Virus record (IMG/VR): IMGVR_UViG_3300046787_000064
Location: 1 to 38,455 of that record
DNA: 38,455 nucleotides
From: a virus
Taxonomy: Duplodnaviria; Caudoviricetes
Reading direction: 5' to 3' (one strand)
Below are positions 18,221 to 26,651 of the stretch, in pieces; the first letter of the stretch is position 1; every line of letters starts with the position of its first letter. The position numbers were made by a program, and so were the translations under genes. The notes under the pieces were generated by a model. The model searched no databases. It had not been told where the DNA came from and saw only the letters and a list, made by a program, of their open reading frames with translations.

Positions 18221-19723
18221 TTATGCAACCCGCGCAAGGTTTCGTTTCAGTGGCTTTGACCATTGCTGCGCAGTATTCGCGCCGAACAGACCGATGGCTG
18301 CATCTGATGCAAACGTCAAAACAAACGAGTCAGCGCAGTCAGGTGACTTCAAGCCGCGCTTCCTGATGTCATCCTTGGACTCAATCTGAATCTTGCCGTT
18401 GGATGTGAAGAAGTACCTGACGGTGGCCAGTTCAGCCACCAAGCCTTCGTCAGCAGGGATACGGCAGTCACGCGCCTCGAACCAAGCCTTGGTCTTGTAC
18501 CAAAGCTCGGCGCGTAGATTTTTGTAGGTCGTACCCATTGCAGGGGACTCGCTCACGTTAATGCCACGAACAGGCAAACCCAACTCACGAAGACGGTCAA
18601 CCACGCCAGCGCCAAGACCAATCGAGTCCACCAAGATTTCGTGTGGACGCTGGCTGGATGGCAGGGCTTCCCACTCTGCGACCACTGCGCCCGTCAATTG
18701 CATCAAATCCAAGTTCTTCCAAGTCTTGATTGGCTCAATCAGTGCGTTACCCTGACGCTTGGCGAGTGCAGACCTATCACCACCAAAGCGAGCAACGTCC
18801 AAGCCCCATATCAGCTTCGCGTGGGGGGATGCGTCCACATCTCGGTGCTTGGCCAGTTCTAGCAGCTCCATCGGGATGATGGTGTCGTCGTCACTACGTG
18901 GAAATTCGCCAAGTACGCGAATCCGGTATGCGTTGGATTCCTCGCCATACCGAGACTTCATCTCCTCAACATAGGCTTCGGAGACTCGTGGCGAGTCCAC
19001 GCAAGACACCTTCATCGTCACCCAATCATTGGCCAGACGGTTGTGGGTGTCGTAGAAGAAGCCAGAGCTGCGGACTGGGTTGCCAAGCAGGATGGTCACA
19101 GCGTTGTGGCCGGACATTGAACCAGCAGCAGCCTCGAAGACCTGTTCAGGGATACCGGATGCCTCATCGCCAATCAGCATCACGTTCTCGCTGTGGACAC
19201 CTTGCAGGGCTTCGGGCTGCTCGGCGCGGGATGTTCTTGCGGACACGAAGGCTTCGGTTTGGGCTTCTTTGACCTCGATGCGGTCCTGCTTGACTTCAAG
19301 CATATCTCTAAGAGTCGGCGGTAACTCCTTGACCCAACGCTTTAATTCCGCGAAAAGAGCGTCATACAACTGGCTGGATGTGGGGGCTGTGACCACGACC
19401 TTGACGGGATAGCGCAAAAGCAGATACCAGATGATTGCCCACGAAGCGCCTGTTGACTTACCAACACCGTGGCCAGATCGCACTGAGATTCGGCGCTCGC
19501 CTTTGGCGATGTGGTTGAGGAGATCAATCTGCCATTGGTCGGGTTTCGTGTTCAGCACCTCTTGCACGAACAACACGGGGTTGTTGCGGTAGCGAGCAGT
19601 GAAGGCCACGAAAGGATTGTTGGCAATCTTTTCTTCTTGCTTCCTTGTAGCGTTGTCCACCAGCTCCTGCGTGTCTGGGTGCAGTTTCTTCTTTGGCTCT
19701 TTTGGTGTTGATTCTTTAGTCAT
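18221..19723 (-). CDS. terL: Terminase large subunit
   Basis: Walker A SGHGVGKST, Walker B LIGDEASG, GNP motif, nuclease GLDVARFGGDRS and SPDCAD. Confidence 0.95.
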   Translation of the reverse strand: MTKESTPKEPKKKLHPDTQELVDNATRKQEEKIANNPFVAFTARYRNNPVLFVQEVLNTKPDQWQIDLLNHIAKGERRISVRSGHGVGKSTGASWAIIWYLLLRYPVKVVVTAPTSSQLYDALFAELKRWVKELPPTLRDMLEVKQDRIEVKEAQTEAFVSARTSRAEQPEALQGVHSENVMLIGDEASGIPEQVFEAAAGSMSGHNAVTILLGNPVRSSGFFYDTHNRLANDWVTMKVSCVDSPRVSEAYVEEMKSRYGEESNAYRIRVLGEFPRSDDDTIIPMELLELAKHRDVDASPHAKLIWGLDVARFGGDRSALAKRQGNALIEPIKTWKNLDLMQLTGAVVAEWEALPSSQRPHEILVDSIGLGAGVVDRLRELGLPVRGINVSESPAMGTTYKNLRAELWYKTKAWFEARDCRIPADEGLVAELATVRYFFTSNGKIQIESKDDIRKRGLKSPDCADSFVLTFASDAAIGLFGANTAQQWSKPLKRNLARVA

Positions 19724-19744
19724 GTGGGGATTGTGCCACTAAAG

Positions 19745-19896
19745 AAAGAAAGGGGTGTTGGTGGTCCTGTTCATTTTTGAGCGTGGGCTCCGACAGGACA
19801 GCGGAGATAGAACAATATTCGTCACCAACACGGATGAGGACTGCTACCTGTTATTCACAGAGCTGGAAACCAGCATTTCTTACAGACCCCATGCGT
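19745..19896 (-). ncRNA. Candidate two-domain structured RNA upstream of terL
   Basis: Long stems 19896-19883/19843-19830 and 19831-19823/19763-19755, each enclosing further hairpins, followed by a pyrimidine tract. Confidence 0.5.
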
Positions 19897-20027
19897 CTTG
19901 ATGTTGTAGTCAAGTGTAGCAGAGTTTTAGTTTTTAAATTTTTTGTGGCATCGCTTTAATAAGGGGGTGGTAGGGGGTACGTTATTAAATTTTTTTTTGA
20001 GGCGTGTGGGGTTGCGTCTGTAGCAGC

Positions 20028-20064
20028 CGCCCCGCCAGACCCCACCACGGGGGGCTTCGGGGCG
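20028..20064. repeat. GC-rich inverted repeat in terS-terL spacer
   Basis: CGCCCCG...CCCC-accac-GGGG...CGGGGCG. Confidence 0.55.
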
Positions 20065-20120
20065 TGTCAGGCTGGCACGATTCCTGCCTAAATCAGAACT
20101 GAATACTTTGGCACTCAGCC

Positions 20121-20148
20121 ACTTTATACAATGTCCATTATGTAAAGT
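20121..20148 (+). other. dif-like XerC/XerD recombination site
   Basis: ACTTTATACAA-TGTCCA-TTATGTAAAGT; 11-6-11 layout, right arm close to the XerD consensus TTATGTTAAAT, arms imperfectly inverted. Confidence 0.75.
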
Positions 20149-20158
20149 TATTTCAGTG

Positions 20159-20256
20159 TTACCCACAGCCTATACATGGATTGCGTAGCTTACGCGCAAC
20201 AAACATGATCGACTGTGGATAACTTGAACAACTTAGCTCAGTTTGTCTGTGGGTAA
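20159..20256. promoter_or_regulatory. Cluster of DnaA-box-like 9-mers
   Basis: TTACCCACA 20159-20167, TGTGGATAA 20214-20222 (perfect), TGTGGGTAA 20248-20256; also TTATTCACA 19851-19859. Confidence 0.6.
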
Positions 20257-20667
20257 CTCAGCCTCGATGAACTCACCATGTCGCAGCGCATCGAGCCGCA
20301 AGTTAGCCAGATTGACCGTAACGCTTGGCATCTTGTTCTGTGCGTACGCTGCTGGATTCCAGCGTTCAGCCACCCACTGGCGCGTTTGCACCCGTAAACG
20401 AGCCTTGTTGACCTCTGCAATGTCCGTCTCATCAGCGATCTCGATGGTCTGTGCCACGAGATGATCGGCAGCCCTCGCGCGTACGCGTGAGAGGAAACCC
20501 TCGTTCTCGGGCAGGTCTAGCCACGAAGTTAGTGCCCGCTTACTTACGCCAAGTTGAACGCAGATGCGGGTTTCGGACATACCAGCCTCGAACATATTGG
20601 CGAGCTGTTCCTTTGGCAACGTATCCAACATCGCCATGTCGTGATGCTTCTTTTTGTTACCAGCCAT
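20233..20667 (-). CDS. terS: Terminase small subunit (Sf6 gp1-like)
   Basis: N-terminal HTH, AR..AD...EIAD, ARLRVQTRQW.A.RW.P..Y; AGGAGG SD; upstream of terL. Confidence 0.8.
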   Translation of the reverse strand: MAGNKKKHHDMAMLDTLPKEQLANMFEAGMSETRICVQLGVSKRALTSWLDLPENEGFLSRVRARAADHLVAQTIEIADETDIAEVNKARLRVQTRQWVAERWNPAAYAQNKMPSVTVNLANLRLDALRHGEFIEAELPTDKLS

Positions 20668-20735
20668 TTAAACCTCCTAGAATCAATTATTAAGTCAAAC
20701 ACATGGTCAGCTATCAACCAACCATTTAAATCGCT

Positions 20736-21413
20736 TTAAAGCGCCTTCTGATTCGTTTTAGACCCATACACAGCAGTGTCGAACACCTTAGCCATGCGTG
20801 AACCCTCTAAAACACCATCATCACCTTCAAAGTCATCCAAACCAGACTTCCCTCCCTTCGGGAACTTCGTCGGTGGTTTGTCCAACCGTACCATCTGAGC
20901 TTGTGGATACTGACGCTTCAACGCCATAGTTTCCTTGACCACCTCAGCGTTCATCACTAGCTCCAACTCCTCCATGCACCAGATGTGACGCTTGTCATCG
21001 TGTCCCATCATCTGGTCAAACAGCATCGCGTCCTCATAAGTCTCCACGACCACCATGACTGAGCCGTCAGCCATCAGGTGCTGGCAATGCTTGATGTCTG
21101 GACACTCGCGTATCTTGTTTTCAACAGCCCACGCATCCAGTGCCGCATAAGCCTTCTTCATCCCGTCCACTGCCTTCGTGAGCCTCACCTCATCGCGCTG
21201 CTTCTGTGCTGCAAAGATTCTTTCGTTCTGTTGCCAGACCTTTGTGCGAAACCCCTCATCCACCAAACCAATAATCCTTTCAACTCCCCACTTCTGCTCA
21301 TGCTGTTGTTTGACGTTAATGAGTTCAATCAACTTGCTTCGCATGAACAACTCAAAAGGGTCCGAAGGAATACTCGGCTGCTCCACCTTCTTTTTTATGT
21401 TCCTAGTTGCCAC
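20736..21413 (-). CDS. Hypothetical protein
   Basis: 225-aa ORF, GTG start with AGGA SD. Confidence 0.7.
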   Translation of the reverse strand: MATRNIKKKVEQPSIPSDPFELFMRSKLIELINVKQQHEQKWGVERIIGLVDEGFRTKVWQQNERIFAAQKQRDEVRLTKAVDGMKKAYAALDAWAVENKIRECPDIKHCQHLMADGSVMVVVETYEDAMLFDQMMGHDDKRHIWCMEELELVMNAEVVKETMALKRQYPQAQMVRLDKPPTKFPKGGKSGLDDFEGDDGVLEGSRMAKVFDTAVYGSKTNQKAL

Positions 21414-21478
21414 GTTTCTGTCCTTTTTCTTTTCTTACACACTTCTTACAAATACATCCCAAATCGACTGCGACAAAA

Positions 21479-21590
21479 GGACATATGGGTGTGTCTTATA
21501 GACCCACACCCCATTTGTCCTCCCAATTGTCGGGACAAATGGCTTTCCCATTTGTCCTCCATTTGTCCCCATTTGTCCATTTGTCCTGTC
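21479..21590. repeat. Iteron-like CATTTGTCC array (putative replication origin)
   Basis: Direct copies at 21512, 21549, 21560, 21570, 21578; inverted copies at 21533 and 21479 (1 mismatch); directly after primase-helicase. Confidence 0.8.
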
Positions 21591-21591
21591 C

Positions 21592-23640
21592 TCATTTACT
21601 GAATGGAATCACAGTACCTGAACCATCGTTCTCGGCATAGATTGCCCAGCACCAATCGTTGTGAATCTCAACCTTTTCGAGTTCACTGAGTCCAAGTTTT
21701 ACCCTTGCCCATGCTTTGGTGAATGTTTGTGGCTCCACATCGCTGCCAAGTTTTGCTTTGAACTCGTCTCTCCATTGGTCGAGCTTGATGGCTTTGTTTC
21801 TCTTTCCGTCAATGTTCTCCATCATCCCGAACTTCTTAATGGCACTGTGCAGACAGTTGAGCGCCAGTTGCTGGTTCCTTCCACCGCCTGTCCTGTCTGG
21901 TGGTTGCGCTTGACCTCTGGCTTGATTCACGTTCATCTCGTTGTCCACTTCCACGGCTAGGCTGCTGACAGAATCAAATCCCAAATGTGTTGTGGATAAC
22001 TCCACCGTAATCATCTGAAAACCGTACCTCTGACCGTCCTCACCGTCCTTTTGCTTGCTGATGTGCAGGATTCCTTTGGGCGCGTCCTCAATGCGGATGA
22101 TCTCGAGTTCCGTGTCCACGGCTCCGAGTAATGAGCTGTGACCCCTGAGTCCTTTGGTGGCATCCTTACCAGCATGGTGAACCACCAGCAAGGCGCAGTT
22201 GTATCTACCTTGGATTGCACCAGCCGCAGTGATGAAGGCTCCCATGTCCTCGCTGGCGTTCTCATTGCCACCGCCAAAGGCTCTGGCCAATGTGTCGATG
22301 ACTACTAGTTCAAACTGAATGTCGTGGGTTGCTTGAATGTCATCCACGGCTTGAATCAGGTCTTGGATGTCCGTGGCACTTGATCTCAGGTTGATCTGCT
22401 TTCTCAGGAAGAACACCGGCGCACCGGCTGGCGTGTTGTGATGCTTCTTCATGGCCTTGATACGCGCACCAATACCACCGTGACCCTCACCAGCAATGTA
22501 AAGCACAGCACCCTGATACTTGACTTCTTTTGTCAGGAATTCCCTGCCAGTTGCAATGCACTCAGCAATGTCCAATGCCACGAATGACTTGAAACTTGCT
22601 GGTGGTGCGTATAAGGCGACAAATGCCTTCTTCGGGATGACACCTTCAATGAGCCACTCCACAGGCTCGTCATCAATGTCATCCAGTTGCTCAATCTTGA
22701 ATGGTTGACGTTGAATACTTAAATTGGCGGGTTGTAAACTTAAACCAAGCGTCAAAGATTGCTCAAGAGTTTTCTCTTTTTCCTCTTGCGCAACGAAGCG
22801 TTCAGGTATCGTTACGTCATCTTCATCGCTGATCTTTTCAGCCTTCTTGGTGATGGCTGCTAGGTCTGTCTTGTCGTAGCCGTATCTGTTCACATACTCA
22901 TACGCATCTTCCTTGATGTCTTCCAATGGGAGATCAACGACTCGGATGCTGTTGGCCACGTTCTTGATGGCTTTGACCGCCTTCTTTGCAAACTCCCAAC
23001 CCACCTTGTCGTTGTCTGGCAGGATGACCACGTTCAGCCCTGCGAAATACTGGATGGCATCTTCAGGGAATGAGCTTGCGCCTTGATGAGTACAAGTTGC
23101 GCAGACACCGATCGACTTGAGCGCGTCCGCAGCCTTCTCGCCTTCCGTCAAGAAGACAGTTCGGTTGTTGACTCTGGCTTGCTCGACTTCAGGCAAGTTG
23201 TACGGAACGATCTTTGCACCAGTGATGGTTGAGTGTCTACGTCCCTGCTCGTCCACACGCAATTGCTTGTACGTCTTACCCTTCGCGTCATAGGTCTTGT
23301 AACGCTGCTTAATAAACAGCGTCACACCGTCCTCGTCCGTGTAGTGCCACTCGTTTTCGAGCGTTGGTTGCTGGATTGGCTTGATTGACGCTAAGAGTTC
23401 TGCGCGTGGCTCCAACTCTGGCAGCAATCCAAAGTCCTTGATGGCCGCGAAGACATCGTGCTGGTCGCACCCACCGTGGCACTTAAACAGCGGTTTGCTG
23501 TCAGGTCCATCAGTGATTGACAGGCTCGGATTCTTGTCACCGTTGCCTTGGCCATGCGTAGGCAGTGGGCAGCTTGCGAGCCAGCTACCATTGACCTTCT
23601 TCGCGTTGCCTAGCGCCTTTGCTATTTGTTCGGCTTGCAT
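21592..23640 (-). CDS. Primase-helicase (Zn-binding + TOPRIM + RepA/AAA_25 SF4 helicase)
   Basis: CP..H..D.NPSL...C..GC; TEGEKAAD; PDND; Walker A APPASFKS; YIAGEG; VVIDTLAR; VHH.GKD...RG.S.L. Confidence 0.9.
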   Translation of the reverse strand: MQAEQIAKALGNAKKVNGSWLASCPLPTHGQGNGDKNPSLSITDGPDSKPLFKCHGGCDQHDVFAAIKDFGLLPELEPRAELLASIKPIQQPTLENEWHYTDEDGVTLFIKQRYKTYDAKGKTYKQLRVDEQGRRHSTITGAKIVPYNLPEVEQARVNNRTVFLTEGEKAADALKSIGVCATCTHQGASSFPEDAIQYFAGLNVVILPDNDKVGWEFAKKAVKAIKNVANSIRVVDLPLEDIKEDAYEYVNRYGYDKTDLAAITKKAEKISDEDDVTIPERFVAQEEKEKTLEQSLTLGLSLQPANLSIQRQPFKIEQLDDIDDEPVEWLIEGVIPKKAFVALYAPPASFKSFVALDIAECIATGREFLTKEVKYQGAVLYIAGEGHGGIGARIKAMKKHHNTPAGAPVFFLRKQINLRSSATDIQDLIQAVDDIQATHDIQFELVVIDTLARAFGGGNENASEDMGAFITAAGAIQGRYNCALLVVHHAGKDATKGLRGHSSLLGAVDTELEIIRIEDAPKGILHISKQKDGEDGQRYGFQMITVELSTTHLGFDSVSSLAVEVDNEMNVNQARGQAQPPDRTGGGRNQQLALNCLHSAIKKFGMMENIDGKRNKAIKLDQWRDEFKAKLGSDVEPQTFTKAWARVKLGLSELEKVEIHNDWCWAIYAENDGSGTVIPFSK

Positions 23641-24783
23641 TTATGAGTTCTCCACTTCTTGTATTCTTTTTCCTATCCAAGCCATGACAGGCACTGCCAT
23701 TGAATTGCCTAGCGCCTTGTACCTTGGGCTGTCAGGTGTGTCTTTATCGCTTGGCTTGATGTCCGTGTAGTTGTCAGGGAATCCCTGCAAGCGTTCACAT
23801 TCCTTTGGTGTCAGTCTGCGCACAGCCATAGGTGGTGATAGCAATACATTCTCACCGCCACTGTTTCTTCCTTGAGCAAATGCAATATCTGAAACACATG
23901 GGTCTTGTGTCCCATGCACAACCATTGGCTGTGCAACTCCATGCACATCTGTTTTCGTAAGACATGGAGCAATGTCATTCATTGGCTCAACTGCATTGCC
24001 GCCATTCTCAGGTTTACGACCAATCCAATTGCCAGGTATGCCATAACTAGGAATGAAAGATTCTGTTTCAAAGTCATAACGCTGAACAATTCCTCTTGTC
24101 AAACATTTTGACGTTGTAGGAATACAGAAATCTAACTCGTTTGCGTTTCCTGCGGGTCTATTGAGTCCGCCACCGTTTGAAGTGAGTGTTCCAGCAACTT
24201 TGGCAAAGCCTTCCCACGCTTTTCTGCTCGGCGCAGAATCCCTGCGCAAGCTCTCGGGCTCAAAAAGAACTTTTGCGGCACTTCGCCAGTCTCCAAGACA
24301 TCCGACAACAAACACACGTCTGCGTCTTTGTGCCACTCCGAAGTACTGAGCGTCAAGCACTCGGTATGCGAACCCATACCCGAGTTCTGCCAGCGCCCCA
24401 AGGAAGGAACCAAAATCCCGTCCACCGCCTGAACTGAGGACACCCGGCACGTTTTCCCATACAAACCATTTGGGTCTAAAGTGGTCAAGTATTCCGCAAT
24501 AGGTGAGTGCAAGGTTTCCTCTTGGGTCTTCAAGTCCTTTTCGTAACCCGGCAACGGAAAATGATTGGCAAGGTGTTCCACCGACCAAAAGGTTAATTGG
24601 TTGTTCAAAATTCCACTCCTTGTATTTCGTCATGTCGCCAACATTTGGCGTGTTTGGGTAATGATGCGCAAGCACTTGCGATGGAAACTTCTCAATCTCG
24701 CTGAAAGCTGTTGGTGTCCATCCAAGTGAGTGCCATGCAACTGTTGCGGCTTCTATTCCGCTACAAACTGACAGGTATCTCAT
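23641..24783 (-). CDS. DNA cytosine-5 methyltransferase
   Basis: Motifs I (SVCSGIEA), IV (GGTPCQSFS), VI (ENVPG), VIII (QRRRRVF), IX (RRLTPKECERLQGFPD), X (YKALGNSM). Confidence 0.95.
   Translation of the reverse strand: MRYLSVCSGIEAATVAWHSLGWTPTAFSEIEKFPSQVLAHHYPNTPNVGDMTKYKEWNFEQPINLLVGGTPCQSFSVAGLRKGLEDPRGNLALTYCGILDHFRPKWFVWENVPGVLSSGGGRDFGSFLGALAELGYGFAYRVLDAQYFGVAQRRRRVFVVGCLGDWRSAAKVLFEPESLRRDSAPSRKAWEGFAKVAGTLTSNGGGLNRPAGNANELDFCIPTTSKCLTRGIVQRYDFETESFIPSYGIPGNWIGRKPENGGNAVEPMNDIAPCLTKTDVHGVAQPMVVHGTQDPCVSDIAFAQGRNSGGENVLLSPPMAVRRLTPKECERLQGFPDNYTDIKPSDKDTPDSPRYKALGNSMAVPVMAWIGKRIQEVENS
24132..24608 (-). CDS. Nested out-of-frame gene; putative second (beta-like) methyltransferase subunit
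   Basis: 158 codons inside the MTase; AAGGAG SD 8 nt before TTG; LSDVLE...KFFLSPRACAGILRRAEKRGK segment. Confidence 0.65.
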   Translation of the reverse strand: MNNQLTFWSVEHLANHFPLPGYEKDLKTQEETLHSPIAEYLTTLDPNGLYGKTCRVSSVQAVDGILVPSLGRWQNSGMGSHTECLTLSTSEWHKDADVCLLSDVLETGEVPQKFFLSPRACAGILRRAEKRGKALPKLLEHSLQTVADSIDPQETQTS

Positions 24784-24893
24784 TCGCTATCCAATTCTTC
24801 TTCTATTGTTTCAATACGTTGCTCCAATTCATAGACCCTTTGAGCCAATGCAATTACGAGCAACTCCAAAAATTCTTCGTTTAGTATTTTCAT
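24780..24893 (-). CDS. Small coiled-coil protein, 37 aa
   Basis: MKILNEEFLELLVIALAQRVYELEQRIETIEEELDSE; ATGA-coupled to MTase. Confidence 0.55.
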   Translation of the reverse strand: MKILNEEFLELLVIALAQRVYELEQRIETIEEELDSE

Positions 24894-24899
24894 AGAGAC

Positions 24900-24931
24900 A
24901 AAAAAACGGGACCGCCGTTAAGCAGCCCCGT
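24900..24931 (-). terminator. Rho-independent terminator after SSB-like gene
   Basis: ACGGGGCTGC-ttaacg-GCGGTCCCGT followed by a T-run. Confidence 0.85.
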
Positions 24932-24944
24932 CTTTTCTTGATGT

Positions 24945-25535
24945 TTAGAACATCTCGTCTTCTTCAACAGCTTGCGCTGCTGCTGACTTCGGTGCTGGCG
25001 CTGCTTGTGCAACAGTGCCTGATGAAGTGAACTGTTGTTCACCGTCATCTTGCGCTTGCACAGAGTCCATGCCAGCAGGACGCTCAATCCAGCTCACGAT
25101 GTTGAAGGCTGGTACACGGGTTGTGCCTTTACCAATCTTCTCCAACTTCGCACCTGTGTACTCAATCACTGGAAACTTACCAGCATTGGCTGCGCGTTGT
25201 GATGAGACTGCGTTGTAGAGTGCTTCGAGTCCCATGTTAGGACCGACACCGTTAGATGACCACTCAACTAAGCCCATTTCCTTGTTGTAGAACTTCACAA
25301 GGAAGCCGCGCTTGTGATCTGGTGAAGGCTGCTTGCCCTTCTGACCGAGAGCTGCATCAGCTTGCCAATCACGCGCACCTTCAGCCAACAACATCCAACC
25401 TGTTTGCACATTGTCGATGTCGAAGACCACCTTCTTCAATTGGATTTCTTCTTTAGCGTTGTTCAGCCAAGCGTTTGCAGATGGCATGAAACGGATGTAG
25501 TTACCTGAACCACCAGAGGATGAGAGATTAAGCAT
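24945..25535 (-). CDS. Putative single-stranded DNA-binding protein
   Basis: Beta-rich core, Ala/Pro linker, acidic tail ending in Phe (VEEDEMF); between nuclease and primase. Confidence 0.6.
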   Translation of the reverse strand: MLNLSSSGGSGNYIRFMPSANAWLNNAKEEIQLKKVVFDIDNVQTGWMLLAEGARDWQADAALGQKGKQPSPDHKRGFLVKFYNKEMGLVEWSSNGVGPNMGLEALYNAVSSQRAANAGKFPVIEYTGAKLEKIGKGTTRVPAFNIVSWIERPAGMDSVQAQDDGEQQFTSSGTVAQAAPAPKSAAAQAVEEDEMF

Positions 25536-25582
25536 TTGAGCCTTTCGAGTTTAAAAATGCCACGATGTGTGGCGGGTATGGA

Positions 25583-26647
25583 TTATTCACCAAGACCGAC
25601 TGCTCTTGCAAGCGTCAATCCAGAAGATTCTTTTTTGGTGATGTCATCCAGCAACACCCTGTCATCTTTAGATAACAGTTTGCTTGCTTCTGCGGGACTA
25701 ATGATTGATGTTGTGTAAATCAATTCCCGACTAATTCCGTGGGAGATCAGAGCGTCTGCTGCTGCTTGCTCATCCTTCCATTTGCGCAATGCGCGTTTGG
25801 GTTGGAGTTGCCAACCGCGAACCACAGCACCACCTTCCAAACGCTCTGTGGCGTACTTGCGCAGTGCTTTGATGTAGTCCTCCACCATGTCCACCTTGGC
25901 CAGCATTGCGCCAAGCTCTGACTCACTCATCTCGTGCATTGGTGGCTGCGCTGCGATCTCGTTGAACTGCTCAACGTGCGCAGGACAGGTTGCCTTGGCT
26001 GGACACCACTGGCAAGCCTTCTCTGATGGCGTTGGCTCTGTGTTGCCATTGACAATTGCTTTGATGGCTGGCGTTAAGTTATCCAAAGTCCAATCATTTA
26101 ACTCCTTGAACGTCATCTTGTGAGTGCGTGGCTCACCATGATGCGGCTGAATGATGGCCAGCTCGATGTTGGTGAACTCAGTCTTCAGGCTGCGCATCGC
26201 ACCGATGGCGTAAATCTTCATCTGGTCAGAGTCAGCGTCAACGTAGCCACGACCTGTTTTCAAGTCAGCAATGACCAGCGTGTCCTGATCGAAGCTGTAC
26301 GCCATGACATCTGCTGTGCCACCAAGCTCAACTGCATCACTCTTGAAGGCTGTGACGTACTGCTCGACCTTCATCGTGCCTAAGCGCAACTCCAAGTCCC
26401 TGATGTGGTCAACGTGAGCCTGAGCGAAGTCTGCGTTGTGCGAAGTGATGAAGATGCCTTCAACTTCCTTACCAACGAAGTCGTATGGAGACACACCCGT
26501 CAAGATGCAAGTCTCAGCCACTGCATGAATGGCAGTACCGATCTGCGCGGCTTCTCCTGCTGGACTGTTAGGGATGTTCTCGCACAGCTTGACTGATGCA
26601 GGGCAGTTAATCCAGCGCGATGCTGCTGATGGTCGTAACTTAATCAT
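25583..26647 (-). CDS. Cas4-like PD-(D/E)XK exonuclease (DUF2800-like)
   Basis: PSAASRW..CP.S, GTAIH, GGTAD, IADLKTG, QM.IYA.G, C.WC.AK..CP. Confidence 0.85.
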   Translation of the reverse strand: MIKLRPSAASRWINCPASVKLCENIPNSPAGEAAQIGTAIHAVAETCILTGVSPYDFVGKEVEGIFITSHNADFAQAHVDHIRDLELRLGTMKVEQYVTAFKSDAVELGGTADVMAYSFDQDTLVIADLKTGRGYVDADSDQMKIYAIGAMRSLKTEFTNIELAIIQPHHGEPRTHKMTFKELNDWTLDNLTPAIKAIVNGNTEPTPSEKACQWCPAKATCPAHVEQFNEIAAQPPMHEMSESELGAMLAKVDMVEDYIKALRKYATERLEGGAVVRGWQLQPKRALRKWKDEQAAADALISHGISRELIYTTSIISPAEASKLLSKDDRVLLDDITKKESSGLTLARAVGLGE

Positions 26648-26651
26648 GGTT

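Noticed and set aside
19745-19896. tRNA gene
   Set aside because: No T-loop GTTCRA, D-loop consensus or acceptor stem geometry
19927-20166. 79-aa ORF in the terS-terL spacer
   Set aside because: No convincing start or SD; it crosses the dif-like site and homopolymer tracts
21479-21590. Possible CRISPR-like mini-array
   Set aside because: Units are only 9 bp with 0-28 bp irregular gaps and mixed orientation; iteron-like instead
25583-26647. Cas4 as evidence of a CRISPR system
   Set aside because: Stand-alone phage Cas4-like nuclease in the replication module; no other cas genes or array seen
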